64,000 bases of DNA from Patescibacteria group bacterium (GCA_028286885.1 JAQBQS010000016.1:70464-134463), one strand, 5' to 3'; positions 1 through 10,773 are shown, numbered from the stretch's first letter. Notes: generated by a model from the sequence alone, not told the origin. Made by a program: numbers and translations.

Positions 1-1090
1 GTCCATGAAACTTTTTTGTTCGGATTCGGATTGTTCGAACCGCTTGTCGTACGTCCTCCTTCCTTGTATCCGACATGGGAATAAATTCCGTATTCGGCCT
101 CCTTGTGCATTTCCTCGGTTCTGATCTGGACTTCCATCACGCTTCCTTGCCCGTCGAAGATCGCCGTGTGCAATGACTGGTAGCCGTTCGGTTTCGGAAC
201 GGCGATGTAGTCCTTGAATTTTCCCGGAACCGGCTTATACAATCCGTGGATGATTCCGAGCGCCTGATAGCAGTCGGCGACCGTCGGGACCAGAACGCGC
301 AAGGCGTAAATGTCGAATATTTTTGTCTGGTCATAATCGAAAAGCTTCAGCTTGTTCCATAAGCTATACGCGTGTTTCGTACGATAGTTGAGGCTGGTGA
401 TATTCGCGTCGAGTATCTGCAGTTCCTCGCGGAGATTTTCCGCGACGCGCATCAGATGCTGTTCGCCGAGCGTTGTAAATTCTTCAAGGACGCGCCGCGT
501 CTTCGCGTACTCTTCCGGATACGCGAATGGAAACGCGAGGTCTTCGAGCTGCGATTTCATTTTTCCCATTCCCAGCCGATCGGCAAGGCGCGCGTAAATG
601 TCGATCGTTTCGATCGCGATGCGCCGCTGCTTTTCCTTGGGAACGTGTTCGAGCGTTGAAACGTTGTGCAAGCGGTCGGCGAGCTTGATCGTGACGACGC
701 GGATGTCGTGGGCGCTCGCGACAAAAAATTTGCGCAGGGATTCCGCGTGGCGGGCGACGCCTTTGTATTTGATGTGGCCCAGTTTCGTAACCCCGGCGAC
801 AAGGGTAATGACCTCGTCCCCGAACTTCGCGCGCATTTCGCCTTCTTCTGCGTTCGTGTCTTCAAGGACGTCATGAAGAAGTCCCGCGGCGATCGTGACC
901 GCGTCCGCGTGCATCTCGGCCAGGATTTTTGCCGTCGCGAAGACATGCGTGAAATAGGGTTCGCCGCTTCCGCGCAATTGTCCCTCGTGTGCGCTTTTCG
1001 AATATTCGTACGCGTCCGTCACAAGCCGCTCTTCTTGCGGGGTGAGATTTTTGCAGACGGCGAGCAGTTCTTGAAGCGGGGGAATCATGG
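1..1090 (-). CDS. rel: RelA/SpoT-family (p)ppGpp synthetase/hydrolase, N-terminal 363 aa; the gene continues past the window start
   Basis: Direct translation of the minus strand from ATG 1090: MIPPLQELL...HEGQLRGSGEPYFTHV (HD hydrolase motif), then ...DCYQALGIIHGLYKPVPGKFKDYIAVPKPNGYQSLHTAIF...EVQIRTEEMH (synthetase domain). No stop before position 1. Missing from the ORF track because it is truncated. Confidence 0.8.
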
Positions 1091-1158
1091 GTCCATCATA
1101 CTGATTTTAAAATAAATTGCGAATGAAAAACCTCCCGAATATTCGGAAGGTATGCGCT

Positions 1159-1506
1159 TTAGGCAGCAAGTTTTTGGATTTCATTTCCAGCTTCTTTGCC
1201 GTATTTTTTCCGGATGAGCTTCTTGAGATCGAGAGTCCTAACGATGCTTTTATCCTGGGGCAGAGATTGGATCCATTCGTAAATCATATCAGCGAGGAGT
1301 TTCTCGTTGAAATTGAGTTTTTTTAGAAGCGCATCCCGAAATGCCGCAGGTCCGCCGCCGGCATATCCCCATGTAAGCGAGTTGATTTGCTCAGGATTAA
1401 GAGGTTCGAGAACCTCGCCGTCGATATAAACGATGTTCTTCTTGTTGTGCGCATGGAAGAATTCGAGTGCGATGATCTGGAAGATTGTTTTTTTATGTCC
1501 TAACAT
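1159..1506 (-). CDS. hypothetical protein (115 aa)
   Basis: ORF only; fills the gap between rel and the AlkD-like gene. Confidence 0.35.
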   Translation of the reverse strand: MLGHKKTIFQIIALEFFHAHNKKNIVYIDGEVLEPLNPEQINSLTWGYAGGGPAAFRDALLKKLNFNEKLLADMIYEWIQSLPQDKSIVRTLDLKKLIRKKYGKEAGNEIQKLAA

Positions 1507-1610
1507 AGTTTTTTAGTTTTGATTCATGGTCGATGATACTCTTCATGCTGCTTTTGTCAACCTCACGTCCTCGTTGAGTCGCTACATTCTTATTTTGCTA
1601 TACTCGTCTC

Positions 1611-2348
1611 GTGAAACAAAAAATACCTCAAGAAAAAACAAATTCTCTCCAAATCGCTCTCCGTTCGCATGCGGATCCTGCGCGGGCGCACAACGTTTCA
1701 TTGTTCTTCAAGACGGCGCCGGGACAGTATGGACACGGCGACCGGTTTTTAGGACTGTCAGTTCCGCAGGTGCGTGCGTGCGTGAAATCATCCGGCGACC
1801 TGTCATGGCCGGATATAAAAATACTGATGAAGAGCCCGTGGCATGAGGAACGGCTTGCAGGCGTGATTGTCATGTCCGAGATGGCAAAAGGTGCGGCGAG
1901 CGTAGCGAGCCGCGCCGAAGTTTGCAAAAAGTATTTGTCGCTGAAATCAGGAATTAACAACTGGTATCTCGTCGACGCATCAGCGTCCAATTGCGTCGGC
2001 ATGCATCTTGAGGATTTGAATTTTTCCAACCAGAAGAAGTTTTTGGAATCCTTGATCGTTTCACAGAAAATATGGGATCGGCGCATCGCGATGATCGCGA
2101 CGTTTCACATGATTAAGTCTGGCGATGGAAAACTTGCATTATGGGTTTCACAAAGGCTTTTGAATGACGAGCATGACCTGATGCACAAGGCCGTCGGCTG
2201 GATGCTCCGCGAGGTTGGCAAGCGCGCAAGCGTTTCAAGTCTGGAACTTTTTTTGAAAAAACATTCCAAAACCATGCCACGGACAATGCTTCGCTACGCG
2301 ATCGAACGCTTTCCGGAACCGATTCGAAAAGCTTATCTGTCTCGTTGA
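1611..2348 (+). CDS. DNA alkylation repair enzyme (AlkD/AlkC-like HEAT-repeat DNA glycosylase family)
   Basis: FFKTAPGQYGHGDRFLGLSVPQVR and WMLREVGKR fit the DNA_alkylation family signature; about 245 aa. Confidence 0.65.
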   Translation: MKQKIPQEKTNSLQIALRSHADPARAHNVSLFFKTAPGQYGHGDRFLGLSVPQVRACVKSSGDLSWPDIKILMKSPWHEERLAGVIVMSEMAKGAASVASRAEVCKKYLSLKSGINNWYLVDASASNCVGMHLEDLNFSNQKKFLESLIVSQKIWDRRIAMIATFHMIKSGDGKLALWVSQRLLNDEHDLMHKAVGWMLREVGKRASVSSLELFLKKHSKTMPRTMLRYAIERFPEPIRKAYLSR

Positions 2349-2408
2349 CTAACATCATAAAAAAGAGTAAAGTCTTAAAAACATTTTCTCACCTTAAAAA
2401 CTTACATA

Positions 2409-2933
2409 ATGATAAAGGGCATAATAAAGACAACGGAGCCTGATCAGACGCTCAAAAGGATGGAAATCGGCGAACTCAGAGCCATATTTATCCAAGACAT
2501 TTTACTGACAAGAACGGATATTTACATTTCAAAGGATGCCGAAACGTTTACTCCGGAAGAAACCGGGCGCGGCGAAGGGGCTGATGAGCTCGGCAAGAGC
2601 CTTCGCGACATTCCATGCGTCTGGGTCAAGCGAGTCGGCGATGGGTTGACGCAATTCGATTTCGATCTCGACTTCACCGAAGTCATGGAACCCATTGAAA
2701 TGATGCCCGAGAGCGATCGCCGCGAGATCAGAGATCAGCCTGAACTCTTCGTGAGATTCACGGACTGCAATATCGTCATCGTTGACGAGAAGGAGGAAGA
2801 GGAAAAAGACGAATTGACGTCTCTCAATGAAGCGCTTGCCGTTGCCGAGAGAGAGGAAAATTTCGAAGAAGCGGCAAGGATACGCGACGCGATCTCGAAA
2901 CTGGGGAATGTTAAAAAGAAAGTCAAAAAATAA
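2409..2933 (+). CDS. hypothetical protein with C-terminal UVR-like motif
   Basis: C-terminus LNEALAVAEREENFEEAARIRDAISKL resembles a UvrB/UvrC UVR motif; acidic linker. Confidence 0.45.
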   Translation: MIKGIIKTTEPDQTLKRMEIGELRAIFIQDILLTRTDIYISKDAETFTPEETGRGEGADELGKSLRDIPCVWVKRVGDGLTQFDFDLDFTEVMEPIEMMPESDRREIRDQPELFVRFTDCNIVIVDEKEEEEKDELTSLNEALAVAEREENFEEAARIRDAISKLGNVKKKVKK

Positions 2934-2937
2934 CTTC

Positions 2938-2967
2938 AAATCCCGCAGCAATGCGGGATTTTTTTAT
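2938..2967 (+). terminator. rho-independent terminator
   Basis: Stem tcccgca/tgcggga with loop gcaa, followed by TTTTTTT. Confidence 0.7.
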
Positions 2968-3001
2968 TTCCGATATATCCTGCGCGTGGTATTATTTCCC
3001 C

Positions 3002-3553
3002 ATGCAAATCATTCTTCCGAATCCGTCGAAAAAGCGGGCTCTCTTCATTGTCGACGTCCAGTCCGGATTTGAAACCAAGCGCGACGCGTGGATTATTCCG
3101 AATGTCGTCGCTCTCATCAAGGAAGGCGATTACGCGCTCTTCGTCGATGCCGTGTTTCACGCCGACAAGAATTCGCTCTGGGACAAGGAAACACGGTGGA
3201 CGATGGACGCGTCGCCGACGGTTCCCGAAATAAAATCGATCCTCGATCCGCATAAAACCGTTTTCGTAACCAAGGAAACCAAATCGATTTGGATTGCCGA
3301 CCCGCATCTCGTCGATTATTTAAAATCAGAAAAAGTCGAAGAGATCCATGTTGTCGGATACGACATCAACGACTGCGTGATGTGCACGGCCAATGATGCG
3401 TTTGATTTCGGATTCTCGACCTATGTGATCGAGGAAGCAGCGGACTCATCCGAATCAGACGATCTTCGAAATGACGCCCTTGCCATCTTGCGCGAGAACG
3501 AGATGACAAACCATTCCGAATTGATCAACGAGAAAAAAATCCTCGCGGACTAA
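3002..3553 (+). CDS. isochorismatase-family cysteine hydrolase
   Basis: ALFIVDVQSGF and VVGYDINDCVMCTANDA (catalytic Cys). Start moved to ATG 3002 because the track ATG at 2951 lies inside the upstream terminator. Confidence 0.7.
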   Translation: MQIILPNPSKKRALFIVDVQSGFETKRDAWIIPNVVALIKEGDYALFVDAVFHADKNSLWDKETRWTMDASPTVPEIKSILDPHKTVFVTKETKSIWIADPHLVDYLKSEKVEEIHVVGYDINDCVMCTANDAFDFGFSTYVIEEAADSSESDDLRNDALAILRENEMTNHSELINEKKILAD

Positions 3554-3570
3554 TCCGCGAGGATTTTTTG
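3531..3570. terminator. bidirectional terminator shared by convergent genes
   Basis: Hairpin cctcgcgga-ctaa-tccgcgagg with an A-run upstream and a T-run downstream. Confidence 0.65.
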
Positions 3571-4479
3571 CACCCGCGAGAACGCGTCGCGCACCTCTTC
3601 ATCGTAATTGCGTTCGTCATAGAGTTTTATCAAATACAGTCCGAGATCGAGCTTCAGTATCCGGAGCGTGGCTTTGAAGCTGCCGTCGAACAGTTCTTTG
3701 TTCAGGTAGCCTTCCATCAGCCATTTCGTTGGAAACTGTTCGCTGCACCAGTAATCCCAAATCGCGAAATCATGAACGGGACTGTGGCCCTTAACAGCGC
3801 CAAAATCGATGATTCCGGTAATTCGATCGTCGAGAAAAAAGAAATGCTTCGGCACGTAATCGCAATGGTTCAAAACGGGAACCGCTTCAATAGGCTGTTT
3901 CAGGAATTCTCCGATTGCCGAGAATGCATTCTCGATGACTTCCTTGTCAAAGCCGAATTTTCCCGCGACGGCCAAGACGGCTTCCCGGTTTTGAATTCTC
4001 GAATTTAAAAATTCCTTGAATGTTGCAAACGTCCCCGCTCCGTTCGCGTCGAGCCTTCCGAATCCTTTGACCGGAACAGAATGGATTTTCGAAAGAATTG
4101 CGCCCGCTTGGACAATCAGTCTTTTTAAGACAGTTTTGTCGAGCTTTCGCCAGTCGGTATTTCCGCGCTCGATGGAATCGCCGGGAATCTTGGATTGCGC
4201 CGAGATGGAAATGATTTTCCCTTCATGCTCGGCGTCTTGGATGAACAGAATGTCCGCGACGGGAACGCCAATGGTCCGGCACATGTTCATCGCCCATTCC
4301 TCCTTGCGGAATTCCTCGGGGCCTTTCCGTGAAATGCGAATGACGACCGGGTGTCCGCTTGAAAGCCGCGCATCGTAAACCTCGTTGTCCTCGCCCGCGA
4401 AGATTCTCGTTTTCTCGAAAATCTCGGCGTGCAGATTTTTTTCAACGGCTCTTGAAATGATTTCGTCGGGCGTTTTCAT
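3550..4479 (-). CDS. phosphotransferase-family kinase (APH/choline-kinase-like)
   Basis: HCDYVPKHFFF (catalytic loop) and IIDFG (DFG motif). Start chosen at MKTPDEII. Confidence 0.65.
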   Translation of the reverse strand: MKTPDEIISRAVEKNLHAEIFEKTRIFAGEDNEVYDARLSSGHPVVIRISRKGPEEFRKEEWAMNMCRTIGVPVADILFIQDAEHEGKIISISAQSKIPGDSIERGNTDWRKLDKTVLKRLIVQAGAILSKIHSVPVKGFGRLDANGAGTFATFKEFLNSRIQNREAVLAVAGKFGFDKEVIENAFSAIGEFLKQPIEAVPVLNHCDYVPKHFFFLDDRITGIIDFGAVKGHSPVHDFAIWDYWCSEQFPTKWLMEGYLNKELFDGSFKATLRILKLDLGLYLIKLYDERNYDEEVRDAFSRVQKILAD

Positions 4480-4590
4480 GCTCGGATTATACGCGCAATC
4501 GCGCAAAAGCGGAAAGCGTCCGCACAACTTTGCATTCTTGGCAAAAAGGCTATACTGGACGTGTTATTATTTCCTAATCCACATTATTTT

Positions 4591-4770
4591 ATGGCATCAA
4601 ATCTTACATGCGCTCTCTGCGGAGCGGAAGTTATCCAAGAGGGGGCGTACCTGAAATGCCAGAATCCGGGATGCCGGTCCGAAACGCCGATCGATACCGC
4701 GGCCATCAACACGGCCATTTCGATGGACAAGTTCGAGGCGCTCGACGAGGCGAGCAACGCAACGGAATAA
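4591..4770 (+). CDS. small zinc-ribbon protein
   Basis: CALCG...CQNPGC forms a CxxC...CxxxxC pattern; 59 aa. Confidence 0.4.
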   Translation: MASNLTCALCGAEVIQEGAYLKCQNPGCRSETPIDTAAINTAISMDKFEALDEASNATE

Positions 4771-4778
4771 AAACAGCT

Positions 4779-5993
4779 ATGAAGACGATCCGATCATTTT
4801 GGAACAACCAAGACGGCATTCCGCGAGGCGTGCGCGTTTTGACATGGGCGACTTCGGTCCGGTGGATCGGCTGGGGCTTTGCGGAATCCTTGATTCCCGT
4901 GTTTCTGTTCGCATTCGCCAAAACATACGCGTCAGCGGGACTCTTGCGCGGAGTTTACGACATCGCGTTCATTCTCGTCATGCCGATCCTGGGCGTCCTT
5001 GCGGATCGTATGCGCGCGACAACGCTCATCATTATCGGACTAAGCCTTTACCTGGTAGTGGGATCGGGATACCTTCTTGCGGGAGTGACGGGGCTCGCAA
5101 TCTGGATCGTCATTGCAAGGCTTGCCAACGGCATCGGCTACGCGTTCGACGGAATCGGCCGCGAGACGTATTTCCAGCGCCATGCCGCAAAGGAAAAACT
5201 CGCTACCGTTTTCGGCTACTTCGATACGATTGCGAACTTTTGGTGGTGTGCCGCCGGAATCGCCGGAATATTCTTGGTCAAGTTCGTCCCGATCCATTGG
5301 CTCTTGTTTCTGATCGCGCCGACCGTCGTCATCGCGATGTTCATCGTATGGAAATGGGCGCGTCCGACCGATAGTGCGCCAAGCGTCCGCGCGTCCGAGC
5401 GCGCACGCTATCGCGACATCGCCCGCGAATTCGTCACCTGGGACTGGAAATTGAGATCGCTCGTCGGATTCAGCTTCTTTTTGTCGTTTGCAAATGCGAT
5501 CATCGCGTTTTTCCTGCCGATTCAGATGTTCACCGAAGGCGCGGGGTACGTTCCGATCGTCATCATGGGAATCATCCTGACGATTCCGACCATGTTCGGA
5601 TGGTTCCTCGGAAAAATATTCGACAAGCGGGGACCGCGGCTGTTCGCGTACGGGCTCCTCGCGTTTGCGGCCCTTACCGCGGCGCTCGGATTCGCGCATG
5701 CGTATTGGATCCAGATCGCGATCGCGTTCGTCATCGGCGTGATCCAGGAATTGGTCTCGATCGGAAAAGTCGAGCTCATGACGCGCTTCGCGAATCCCGA
5801 GCATATCGGCCGCGTTGACGGAATATCGCACAGCATTTCGGACATGGGCGCGCTCATAGGGCCTCTTGCCGCAGGCGTCATGATTGACGCATGGGGAAAT
5901 CAAATTATGTACGTAGCGCTTGCGTTGCTCCTTCTCGCTCTCTCAGGAGTGCTTGCGTTTGTTGTCCATATTGCGACAGAGGAGACGGCATAA
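4779..5993 (+). CDS. MFS transporter
   Basis: About 12 predicted TM helices; GVLADRMRA-type MFS loop motif. Start at MKTIRSF. Confidence 0.7.
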   Translation: MKTIRSFWNNQDGIPRGVRVLTWATSVRWIGWGFAESLIPVFLFAFAKTYASAGLLRGVYDIAFILVMPILGVLADRMRATTLIIIGLSLYLVVGSGYLLAGVTGLAIWIVIARLANGIGYAFDGIGRETYFQRHAAKEKLATVFGYFDTIANFWWCAAGIAGIFLVKFVPIHWLLFLIAPTVVIAMFIVWKWARPTDSAPSVRASERARYRDIAREFVTWDWKLRSLVGFSFFLSFANAIIAFFLPIQMFTEGAGYVPIVIMGIILTIPTMFGWFLGKIFDKRGPRLFAYGLLAFAALTAALGFAHAYWIQIAIAFVIGVIQELVSIGKVELMTRFANPEHIGRVDGISHSISDMGALIGPLAAGVMIDAWGNQIMYVALALLLLALSGVLAFVVHIATEETA

Positions 5994-5999
5994 CTCATT

Positions 6000-6911
6000 A
6001 TGAATATCATCATCGTACTTGTTGTATTTCTGGAGGCATCGCTGTTTTCGCTGTTTCATTTTAATATCCGCAAGCTCGAGGAGAAGGGCGTTACGTCGCG
6101 CGGAATCGCGGGACTGCACCGCTACGCGATCATTCCTTCGGCCATTCTGCTTGTCGCGACGTTTAAGGTTGAATACTGGCATTACATGTTGGCGCATCCC
6201 GTTATATTCTTATGGATTGTCGGCATCGGCATCGCTTGGGCGGCCGCGCAATATGTCGGATACGCGGTGCTGAACTCGGCGAGTTCGCTTTCGTTTACGT
6301 ATACACTAAACGCGCTTCTTGACGTGCCGGTTGCGCTCGCTGCGGGGATCATCCTCAACCATGACCATCCGCATCTGTGGGCCCTTGTCGGACTCGCGTT
6401 TCTCGCCTTGGCAATTCTCGTAAAGCCCGCGCAGAGCGTCCATAACAAGAGGTCTCTTTTGAAATACGGAGTTCTTGTCGTCATCGGCATGAGCCTTGTC
6501 GGCATTGTCGGCCACGCCATTGACGGGGGATTGTATCGCAATATTCTCTTGTCGTTTCCGCATGCGACATTATTCGGCGCTTCCGTTTACATGACCGTAA
6601 CGTCGTTCATGCTCAACATCGTCTATTATCTGCCTGGCGTAAAAGGCGATACTGACGAGGAGCGTAAGACGATCAAAAAGTATTGGTGGACGGCCGCACT
6701 TATTCCCGTCATATGGTTCATCGCGTCCGTTCCCGAGGGATTCGCGTTCGCGCATGTGCCGCTCTTCACACTCTCCGCGCTCGGTGCATTTACGTTTTTG
6801 CTTAATCTTGCGTCCGACATAAAAAACGCACGCGTATCCTGGAACATGCGCACGTTCGTATTCGTCCTCCTAGTCATTGCGAGCATCGTCTTCTCGGCGC
6901 TGTCGCTCTGA
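6000..6911 (+). CDS. integral membrane protein (possibly DMT/EamA-like)
   Basis: About 10 hydrophobic segments across 303 aa. Confidence 0.5.
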   Translation: MNIIIVLVVFLEASLFSLFHFNIRKLEEKGVTSRGIAGLHRYAIIPSAILLVATFKVEYWHYMLAHPVIFLWIVGIGIAWAAAQYVGYAVLNSASSLSFTYTLNALLDVPVALAAGIILNHDHPHLWALVGLAFLALAILVKPAQSVHNKRSLLKYGVLVVIGMSLVGIVGHAIDGGLYRNILLSFPHATLFGASVYMTVTSFMLNIVYYLPGVKGDTDEERKTIKKYWWTAALIPVIWFIASVPEGFAFAHVPLFTLSALGAFTFLLNLASDIKNARVSWNMRTFVFVLLVIASIVFSALSL

Positions 6912-6922
6912 TTTTATTCTTA

Positions 6923-8125
6923 TCAAACTGCCGTCACGGCGGTTTTTTCGATCTCGTCCGCGCCGACGCGCTGCGAGCGGATCATCAGTTTTCCAAGGAT
7001 CATGAACGCTCCTGAAATGAGAAACGCGTACCAGCCGATGAAATAGACGCCGATCGTAATCACAATCATTGCGACGACATGCGCCGAGTGCCAGATGGTT
7101 TCATGCGCCGCGACGAACGATATCGTATTGGCTCCTCGAAGCTTTCGGTAAAACGCGGTCGAGAATGCCGTCGAGAAGAGAGGGCGGATGACGCTGTTCA
7201 TCGTTTCGCTCATGATCGCGATGTAGGGATGAAACGATGCGAAGACGAGAATTCGCGAAAAGATGCTTCCGGAGATTCCCAGGCTGAAACCGCTTTTCTT
7301 CTGATCCACGCGGCGGCCGCCGACGTAGTGCGCGCACATCTGCACGAACGAAACGACGGACGTCATGGCGCCGAGCGCGCGAAGCCCGCCGAATAACTTG
7401 TATAAATAGAGCGAGTCCCAGATCGGATCGCTCGATCCGTCGAATCCGTTTCCCAGCGTGCTGATCACGACGTCGCGGTTTGATTTCCAAAACGCGCGGT
7501 AATGCGAGAATCCGCGCAAATGAACTTGGCCCTCGGTCGGAATTTCCGGAGAAAATAAAAGGGGAATGACGGCAAGAAACAAAAACCCGGATCCGACCAT
7601 GAACATGTACTTGAATCCGAAGATCGAAATTAAAACGGCCCCGACGAGCGGCGTTGCAATTCCGACAACCATCGAAATGATGGCCATGAGCGCGACTTCG
7701 CGACCGGCCGAGCGCTCGTCCATTTTGAGCGACAGGAACGAATGGTACGAGCATGAATAAAGCGCGTTTGCGACCGCGGTGATCGCGGCCCACAGCGCAA
7801 TCCACTCGGGCGCGGTACCTTGCCTGATGACGGCGAACGATGCGATATAGAGGATCGTCGTTATGACGAAGGTATGCTTGATCCCGATTTTCAAAAGCGC
7901 GATCCGTCCGATCAGGTGCGCCGTAATTCCGTGTATAAGGCTTCGTCCCGTGAAGGCGACCATGATCCAAAAGAGAGGAACGTGATGGATCAAGAGATAG
8001 ATCGGTACGAAAATACTCACAAGTCCGAACGCGAGTTCTTTGAAAACTTGGTACGCGAACATTTCGGTGATTTCCTTGTTAGCGAACGCGAGGCTGTGGC
8101 GGTGATGGTTGAGGGAGGTGAGCAT
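6923..8125 (-). CDS. MFS transporter
   Basis: Polytopic, 400 aa, with MFS-like topology. Confidence 0.65.
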   Translation of the reverse strand: MLTSLNHHRHSLAFANKEITEMFAYQVFKELAFGLVSIFVPIYLLIHHVPLFWIMVAFTGRSLIHGITAHLIGRIALLKIGIKHTFVITTILYIASFAVIRQGTAPEWIALWAAITAVANALYSCSYHSFLSLKMDERSAGREVALMAIISMVVGIATPLVGAVLISIFGFKYMFMVGSGFLFLAVIPLLFSPEIPTEGQVHLRGFSHYRAFWKSNRDVVISTLGNGFDGSSDPIWDSLYLYKLFGGLRALGAMTSVVSFVQMCAHYVGGRRVDQKKSGFSLGISGSIFSRILVFASFHPYIAIMSETMNSVIRPLFSTAFSTAFYRKLRGANTISFVAAHETIWHSAHVVAMIVITIGVYFIGWYAFLISGAFMILGKLMIRSQRVGADEIEKTAVTAV

Positions 8126-8191
8126 GAAAATAATTTAGATGTGTAAAACAAGGGAAGTATAGCAAAGATAGGGTTATGATAGAATGCAGGA

Positions 8192-8695
8192 ATGGATAAT
8201 TCAGGCATAAGCGGCATTTCATTCCAAGAAAATCCCGACTCTTCGGATTTTTGGAATTATTTTTTTCTCGTCATCAGGGAATTCAGGCTTTCATGGGCAT
8301 TTTATATTTTCATCATAAGGCTCTTCTGGTCGGATGTTACGACGTTCGTCGTGATCAAGCGTGGCGGAGACGTGATCGGCGGATTCGGACTTACGCAATT
8401 TCCGATCGCAAAATACAAGCCCCACAACTGGTTTAATGCGAATGCTCGTGCAAAAATAGACGAACTGCGTTCCGCCGGCTATCTCGGAGGATGCTGCTTC
8501 TTTATCGCGGAGAAGTTCAGAAGCCGCGGAATCGGTACGCAAGTCCTGTTCAGTTATTTCAAAGACAAGCCCCTGAAGATCTATTTCACTTCTTCGCGCG
8601 GCGCGCGATCCCTCTATCTTCGCAACGGAGCGAAAGTCTTCTATCCTTCGACGTATGATATTTTCACGTTCGAGAATCCATCCTATGAATCCTAA
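8192..8695 (+). CDS. GNAT-family N-acetyltransferase
   Basis: FFIAEKFRSRGIGTQVL matches the acetyl-CoA-binding motif A. Confidence 0.55.
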   Translation: MDNSGISGISFQENPDSSDFWNYFFLVIREFRLSWAFYIFIIRLFWSDVTTFVVIKRGGDVIGGFGLTQFPIAKYKPHNWFNANARAKIDELRSAGYLGGCCFFIAEKFRSRGIGTQVLFSYFKDKPLKIYFTSSRGARSLYLRNGAKVFYPSTYDIFTFENPSYES

Positions 8696-9284
8696 ACCGT
8701 CAGATAATGAATCCTGGCAAGAAGTCAGATTCGATGAAGTCGTCGCATCATGGCTTCGCGATGAATGGCATTATGCATGCTACGACAAAATGCGGACGGA
8801 TGAAAACAACGCAATCGTGAATGAACCGGATCTTTCAGATTTGGCGCACAATGAAATCCGACATGAACTGCTGGCGTTCAATAGGCATCCGATTCTGGAT
8901 CATCTTCCGACTGGAATGAAATGGCATTCAGGAACGTTTACCGAGAAGAGCGCGCGAGAATGCAATCTGATATCGACGACGTGGTGCAAAGTTCTAAGTG
9001 GCGGGTCGCTTAAGCTTGTCGATGCAGTAGAACATTTTCATCATACTTCGCAAAAAATAAACCCAGGAGACAAGGAGAAAATTATTTCTATCAAGTCGGC
9101 GATGGCCGGCAAGGATCCTGAAGATACGGTTCTAGTATTCGTCGGCGAATCTTTCGAAGGTCCGTTTACGGCAATCGAAGGGAATCACAGGCTTGTCGCT
9201 ACGGCGCTTGCATGCAAGGAGAGCAAATCCAATCTGCATTTCAAGAAATCATATTTCGGAATTTTTCCCAACGTTTCAATATAA
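8685..9284 (+). CDS. hypothetical protein, possible ParB/Srx-like fold
   Basis: The EGNHRLVA motif is weak evidence only. Confidence 0.35.
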   Translation: MNPKPSDNESWQEVRFDEVVASWLRDEWHYACYDKMRTDENNAIVNEPDLSDLAHNEIRHELLAFNRHPILDHLPTGMKWHSGTFTEKSARECNLISTTWCKVLSGGSLKLVDAVEHFHHTSQKINPGDKEKIISIKSAMAGKDPEDTVLVFVGESFEGPFTAIEGNHRLVATALACKESKSNLHFKKSYFGIFPNVSI

Positions 9285-9614
9285 TAAAATCCTTGTCAAA
9301 AAATTTCTTGTGACATAGACAATGACAATCAAAGCCAATACGCCAAGAAGGCTTCTTGTCGAATAGTTGTCCTTGTGATTTTTTCCGCCGATCAGAAGAT
9401 AGGGAACCTCGTCGAGAAATAAACCGAGTCCAATGCCTAAGATTATCGGGCTTGAAACAAGAATTCCGATCGGTGCGATCACCAATCCGTACATATAATG
9501 ATGCAATCTGAATCCTTTGATTGTCGGACTCGGTATCGGCTTGAAATAAAGCGCAACGCGCGTTAGAAGGACGGTTGCGATGAACGCGAGAAAAAATAAG
9601 TTTGGACTCGTCAT
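9276..9614 (-). CDS. small membrane protein
   Basis: 112 aa with 3 hydrophobic helices. Confidence 0.4.
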   Translation of the reverse strand: MTSPNLFFLAFIATVLLTRVALYFKPIPSPTIKGFRLHHYMYGLVIAPIGILVSSPIILGIGLGLFLDEVPYLLIGGKNHKDNYSTRSLLGVLALIVIVYVTRNFLTRILLY

Positions 9615-9691
9615 ATGCCAGATTATACCAAAATATAGACAAGATACTTTGCATGGAATTTATACTTGGATGCTCTGATATACTGTAACGA

Positions 9692-10279
9692 ATGGAGAAT
9701 GCTCGCCAAAAAACAATTATCATATTCATCAGCCTCAAAGGACTCGGCAAGAGCCTCTTGTCCGACCTTCTTGCCGAATCGTTGCGGCCGACTCGCACGG
9801 TTCGCGTTTTTCACGAGGACGAAACGTTCATGCCGGTAAAGGACGAGGACGACCGGGGAAAGGTATTCGAGTATTTTTCAAAACTGACCGATACGATCGA
9901 AGACTGTCCGGAAGAGGTTGTCATTCTCGACCGTTTTCAGGAAAGAATGGATGATATCGAGCTTTTTCACCCGCTTGAAAAGCGATTGCTCAGCCACCGC
10001 ACCTTTCTGATTTTACTCACGATTCCCGAGAATGAGATCGAAACGCGCCTCCGCGAAACAAAAGAGTTCCGCGGAGACGGATGGAAGCTCAATTACGATG
10101 GCGCAGACTTTCCAGAAGAAGCCCGCAAGGACGCGGTCATTCAAAAAAAGTATTTCGATCTTTTCCTGCCGAACACTCTGATCAAAAATATACTGGTCAT
10201 CGATACTCTTGAAAGAAAATGGAACGAGTATGTTGCGGAAATAAAGAACTCGGTATTTTCTCCGCAGGGGGAAAAATAA
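9692..10279 (+). CDS. P-loop NTPase / kinase-like hypothetical protein
   Basis: N-terminal IIIFISLKGLGKS is a Walker-A-like motif. Confidence 0.45.
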   Translation: MENARQKTIIIFISLKGLGKSLLSDLLAESLRPTRTVRVFHEDETFMPVKDEDDRGKVFEYFSKLTDTIEDCPEEVVILDRFQERMDDIELFHPLEKRLLSHRTFLILLTIPENEIETRLRETKEFRGDGWKLNYDGADFPEEARKDAVIQKKYFDLFLPNTLIKNILVIDTLERKWNEYVAEIKNSVFSPQGEK

Positions 10280-10299
10280 AAAATCCCATCAGGAATTTT

Positions 10300-10773
10300 T
10301 TATTTTAACTTCAATTCAAAAACTTGCGTCGTACGGCTGACGTTCCCGGGCATTTCCCCCAGAAAGTTCCACCCCTTCGCTTCGTAAAATTGTTTCTTGT
10401 AATCGCTGATCAAGTAGACTTTTTCATATCCAAGCCTTTTTGCCTCTTCGATCCGAGAGTCGCGCAGCATTCTTGATATGCCGAGTCCGCGGAATTTTTT
10501 TGGAACGAACAGCGAGCCGAGCCACGGGCCGAGGTCGGGCCGCGAATTCAAATCATGGTTCAAGAGCGCTGCGGTTCCTATGGGAACTCCGTTTCGGATT
10601 GCGACGAACGTTTGCGGAATCGCGTCAGTCATGGAGTGTTCAATTTTATAAATGACGTATGACAGGCTCTTTCCCTGCCAAAGGTACCATTCTTTCCAAA
10701 GCCATTTGGCGACTATACGCACAAGTTCAGGATGGTCTTTGAGGTTCGCTACATAAATCGCATCGTTTTGCAT
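10300..10773 (-). CDS. GNAT-family N-acetyltransferase
   Basis: VPKKFRGLGISRML motif. Start moved to the internal MQNDAIYV. Confidence 0.6.
   Translation of the reverse strand: MQNDAIYVANLKDHPELVRIVAKWLWKEWYLWQGKSLSYVIYKIEHSMTDAIPQTFVAIRNGVPIGTAALLNHDLNSRPDLGPWLGSLFVPKKFRGLGISRMLRDSRIEEAKRLGYEKVYLISDYKKQFYEAKGWNFLGEMPGNVSRTTQVFELKLK

Noticed and set aside
5040-5903. 287 aa minus-strand ORF
   Set aside because: It is antisense to the MFS transporter gene, with an Arg/Asp-rich low-complexity translation typical of GC-skewed antisense frames.
7101-7970. 289 aa Arg-rich ORF in an alternative frame of the MFS gene 6923-8125
   Set aside because: It is an out-of-frame overlap with a well-supported transporter ORF; composition artefact.
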